The notes under the pieces were generated by a model that saw only the letters and a list, made by a program, of their open reading frames with translations, was not told where the DNA came from and ran no database searches. A stretch of 63,738 bases of DNA, filler included, from Welwitschia mirabilis (Eukaryota): assembly GCA_051453625.1 (NCBI GenBank). It is 5 parts of one record of this genome, joined end to end, with 100 filler letters (N's around TTAATTAATTAA, not from the genome) between each part and the next. Parts side by side here need not be neighbours in the genome. Positions count along the whole stretch, not along the records: positions 61,761 to 63,738 come from JBOZIK010000001.1; 4 more parts are not named here. The stretch is one strand, 5' to 3'. A program made the translations under genes and the position numbers. Positions 61,761 through 63,738 of the stretch are shown here, in pieces; the first letter of the stretch is position 1; every line of letters begins with the position of its first letter.

Positions 61761-63738
61761 GAGGATTACCTTGTTTTTGTGAGTTGGATAAGCTTGCTTG
61801 ATTATATGAGTTATTTCATTGGAAGTTTATATTCTCAAATCTCTTTTTAAATGGTTGGAAGTTAGGATGATTTGTTTGAGAATTTTTAAAGTTGGGTTGT
61901 CCACTTATGCTAGGCTAAAAATTGTTATGATTCTGGATTTGACTTTGGTTTTGGTTTTGGTTAAATTTCGAAGACCTTTAGTTGAAGACACATACTTACT
62001 CATAGATTCTTTCTTTGTAAGTTGGAAGTAAAGGACACTCTTTTATAATGTGATACTTATTTGTACAAAAATCACAAGTAAGAGCTACAACTGCACTCTT
62101 TTCAGTTGCCACCTTTGCATCTAAAATCATCTAAGTATATTTTTCTAAAGTTGAGATGAAATCCTTAATAACATTTGTTGGTTCATTTTTAGTTCTTATT
62201 TCTTATTTTTCTTGTTTAACTTCCTTAAGATCTTTAATGATTTAATCTATAGTTTAGTTTTCTTTAAATGAGGGTTTAGGACAAGTTTGACTCACTTCTA
62301 CCAACTCTTCTAACACTTTTAAGCATTTTTTAAGGTAAGCTTTAATAAATTTCCTCCACGTGAAAACTCAAATAGTTGCTTTATTTGACTATTGAGTCCA
62401 CTATAAAAGTAGTCTACCACTTCTTCTTGAGAAAAAACATCTACAGGATTCGAATGTAAAGTAATGAAAAATCTCTTATAGGTAGAGGCATAATTTTTAT
62501 TAGGTAGTTATTAGAAGTTGGTTATTTCTTTTTTATGTTTTCTAATGATGGTTTTACTTATGAATATTTTAATAAAAGCTTCTTGAACTTGACTCTATGA
62601 TTTTAAACCTTTATGAGAAATCGTTTTTAACCAAATATTGGCCTTACCTTTTAAAGTAATGGAAAAGATGATCATGTAAGTTCTTTTACTTATTCTTTTC
62701 TTACCATTTCCTAAAGTGAGCACTAATTGTTTAATATCAGTAATGTGTTGTAAATGGTTTTTATCAAGTTCTCCACTAAAAATGGGATACACATTTAGAT
62801 TTCTAAGTTTGACATCACCAATGGGAGGTAAATTAAAGGAGGTTTTAATTTTACATTTTTTATTATTGATCAAATCTCTAATGGTGNNNNNNNNNNNNNN
62901 NNNNNNNNNNNNNNNNNNNNNNNNNNNNNNNNNNNNNNNNNNNNNNNNNNNNNNNNNNNNNNNNNNNNNNNNNNNNNNNNNNNNNNGGTAAATTAAAGGA
63001 GGATTGAATTTTACATTTTTTATTAGTGATCAAATCTCTAAGGGTGACATTGTGATTAGGTTTAAGAAGTATAGTCATAAGGGTTCTAATGACAAGGAGT
63101 GAATTAGGTGAAGAAGTCTGATTTTGCTTTTGCGACGAGCTAGACATGTTTAGAAACTGAAAACTATCATCGACACAATCTTCCAAAAAAATTTCTCTTG
63201 TAAAATCAGACTTTGAAAAGTAAAAGTAGAAATTTCTAAAATTTTTAAACTTTACATACCTTTGCTCTGCATACCTAAGTTAGTTTCAAGGTTGATCAAA
63301 TATTCTCAGATATTTTCTTTTATGAACAACCACTCTCTCTAGTACTTTTTTTTCTTGCTATGTTTTATCATACATGCTTAGTTATTGATGCACATAGTAT
63401 TATCCTTACCATTGTCTAGATGATAGTCTGGATGATAGAAACATAACAAACATAAAAAATAAAAAACATAAAAAATAGAAATGTGGAAATGACAAACATA
63501 GAAAACACAAACAATAGATTGTCATCCACCTAGGTTGTCTAGAAAACAAAGGAAATGATAGGAAAAATCCTAAAAATTTTAAAAGAAATAGAAAGCTAAA
63601 AACTCAAGGCATAGAGGCCATCACCATCACATGTTATTTGGACAATGAAGCAGATGACAAAGCTTTTATTATGAAACATAATAAAAAGAAGTGACGAAAA
63701 GAAAACCTATGCTACTGCAAGTAAAAATACAATGCAAT
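61761..63738 (-). mobile_element. gag: Third Athila-like copy (element D): 5' UTR and gag, truncated by a gap and the window end
   Basis: ORF 62595-62873 (YMIIFSITLKGKANIWL) is homologous to 4800-5100, and 63200-63738 is homologous to the 5' UTRs at 5350-5920 and 33250-33850. Confidence 0.85.

Overview
This is a gene-free, AT-rich plant-type genomic window made almost entirely of nested, mostly decayed transposable elements, from a draft assembly with many N gaps. Four of the gaps are artificial N44-TTAATTAATTAA-N44 spacers. I found no intact host gene, RNA gene or CRISPR array. From left to right it holds: (A) a minus-strand Athila-like Ty3/gypsy element with gag-protease and an env-like ORF but no RT/integrase (<1-7210); the 3' end of an old Sirevirus-like copia (7211-10020); one copy of an ~860-bp repeat whose inverted partner lies at 36199-43120; two back-to-back copia pol relics (14.7-17.9 kb); (B) a pol-less LTR element (17917-~35280) whose 3' LTR is split by (C), a second Athila-like pol-less element (23215-35207) carrying at least 6 tandem ~820-bp units that each contain the PPT and the LTR terminus; a Tat/Ogre-type RT fragment; a near full-length decayed L1 LINE with a target-site duplication (36662-42552); three younger Sirevirus-type copia elements (45-61.7 kb) with CpG-palindrome arrays; a ~954-bp tandem duplication across an LTR terminus; a hAT BED-finger relic; and a third Athila-like gag copy (D) at the right end. 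The best candidates for something undescribed are the PPT+LTR-end tandem array, the repeat-bearing ORF that replaces gag-pol in element C, and a ~300-codon extension at the LINE 3' end. All three are TE-internal, read by eye, and need computational confirmation. Coordinates of decayed parts are approximate.
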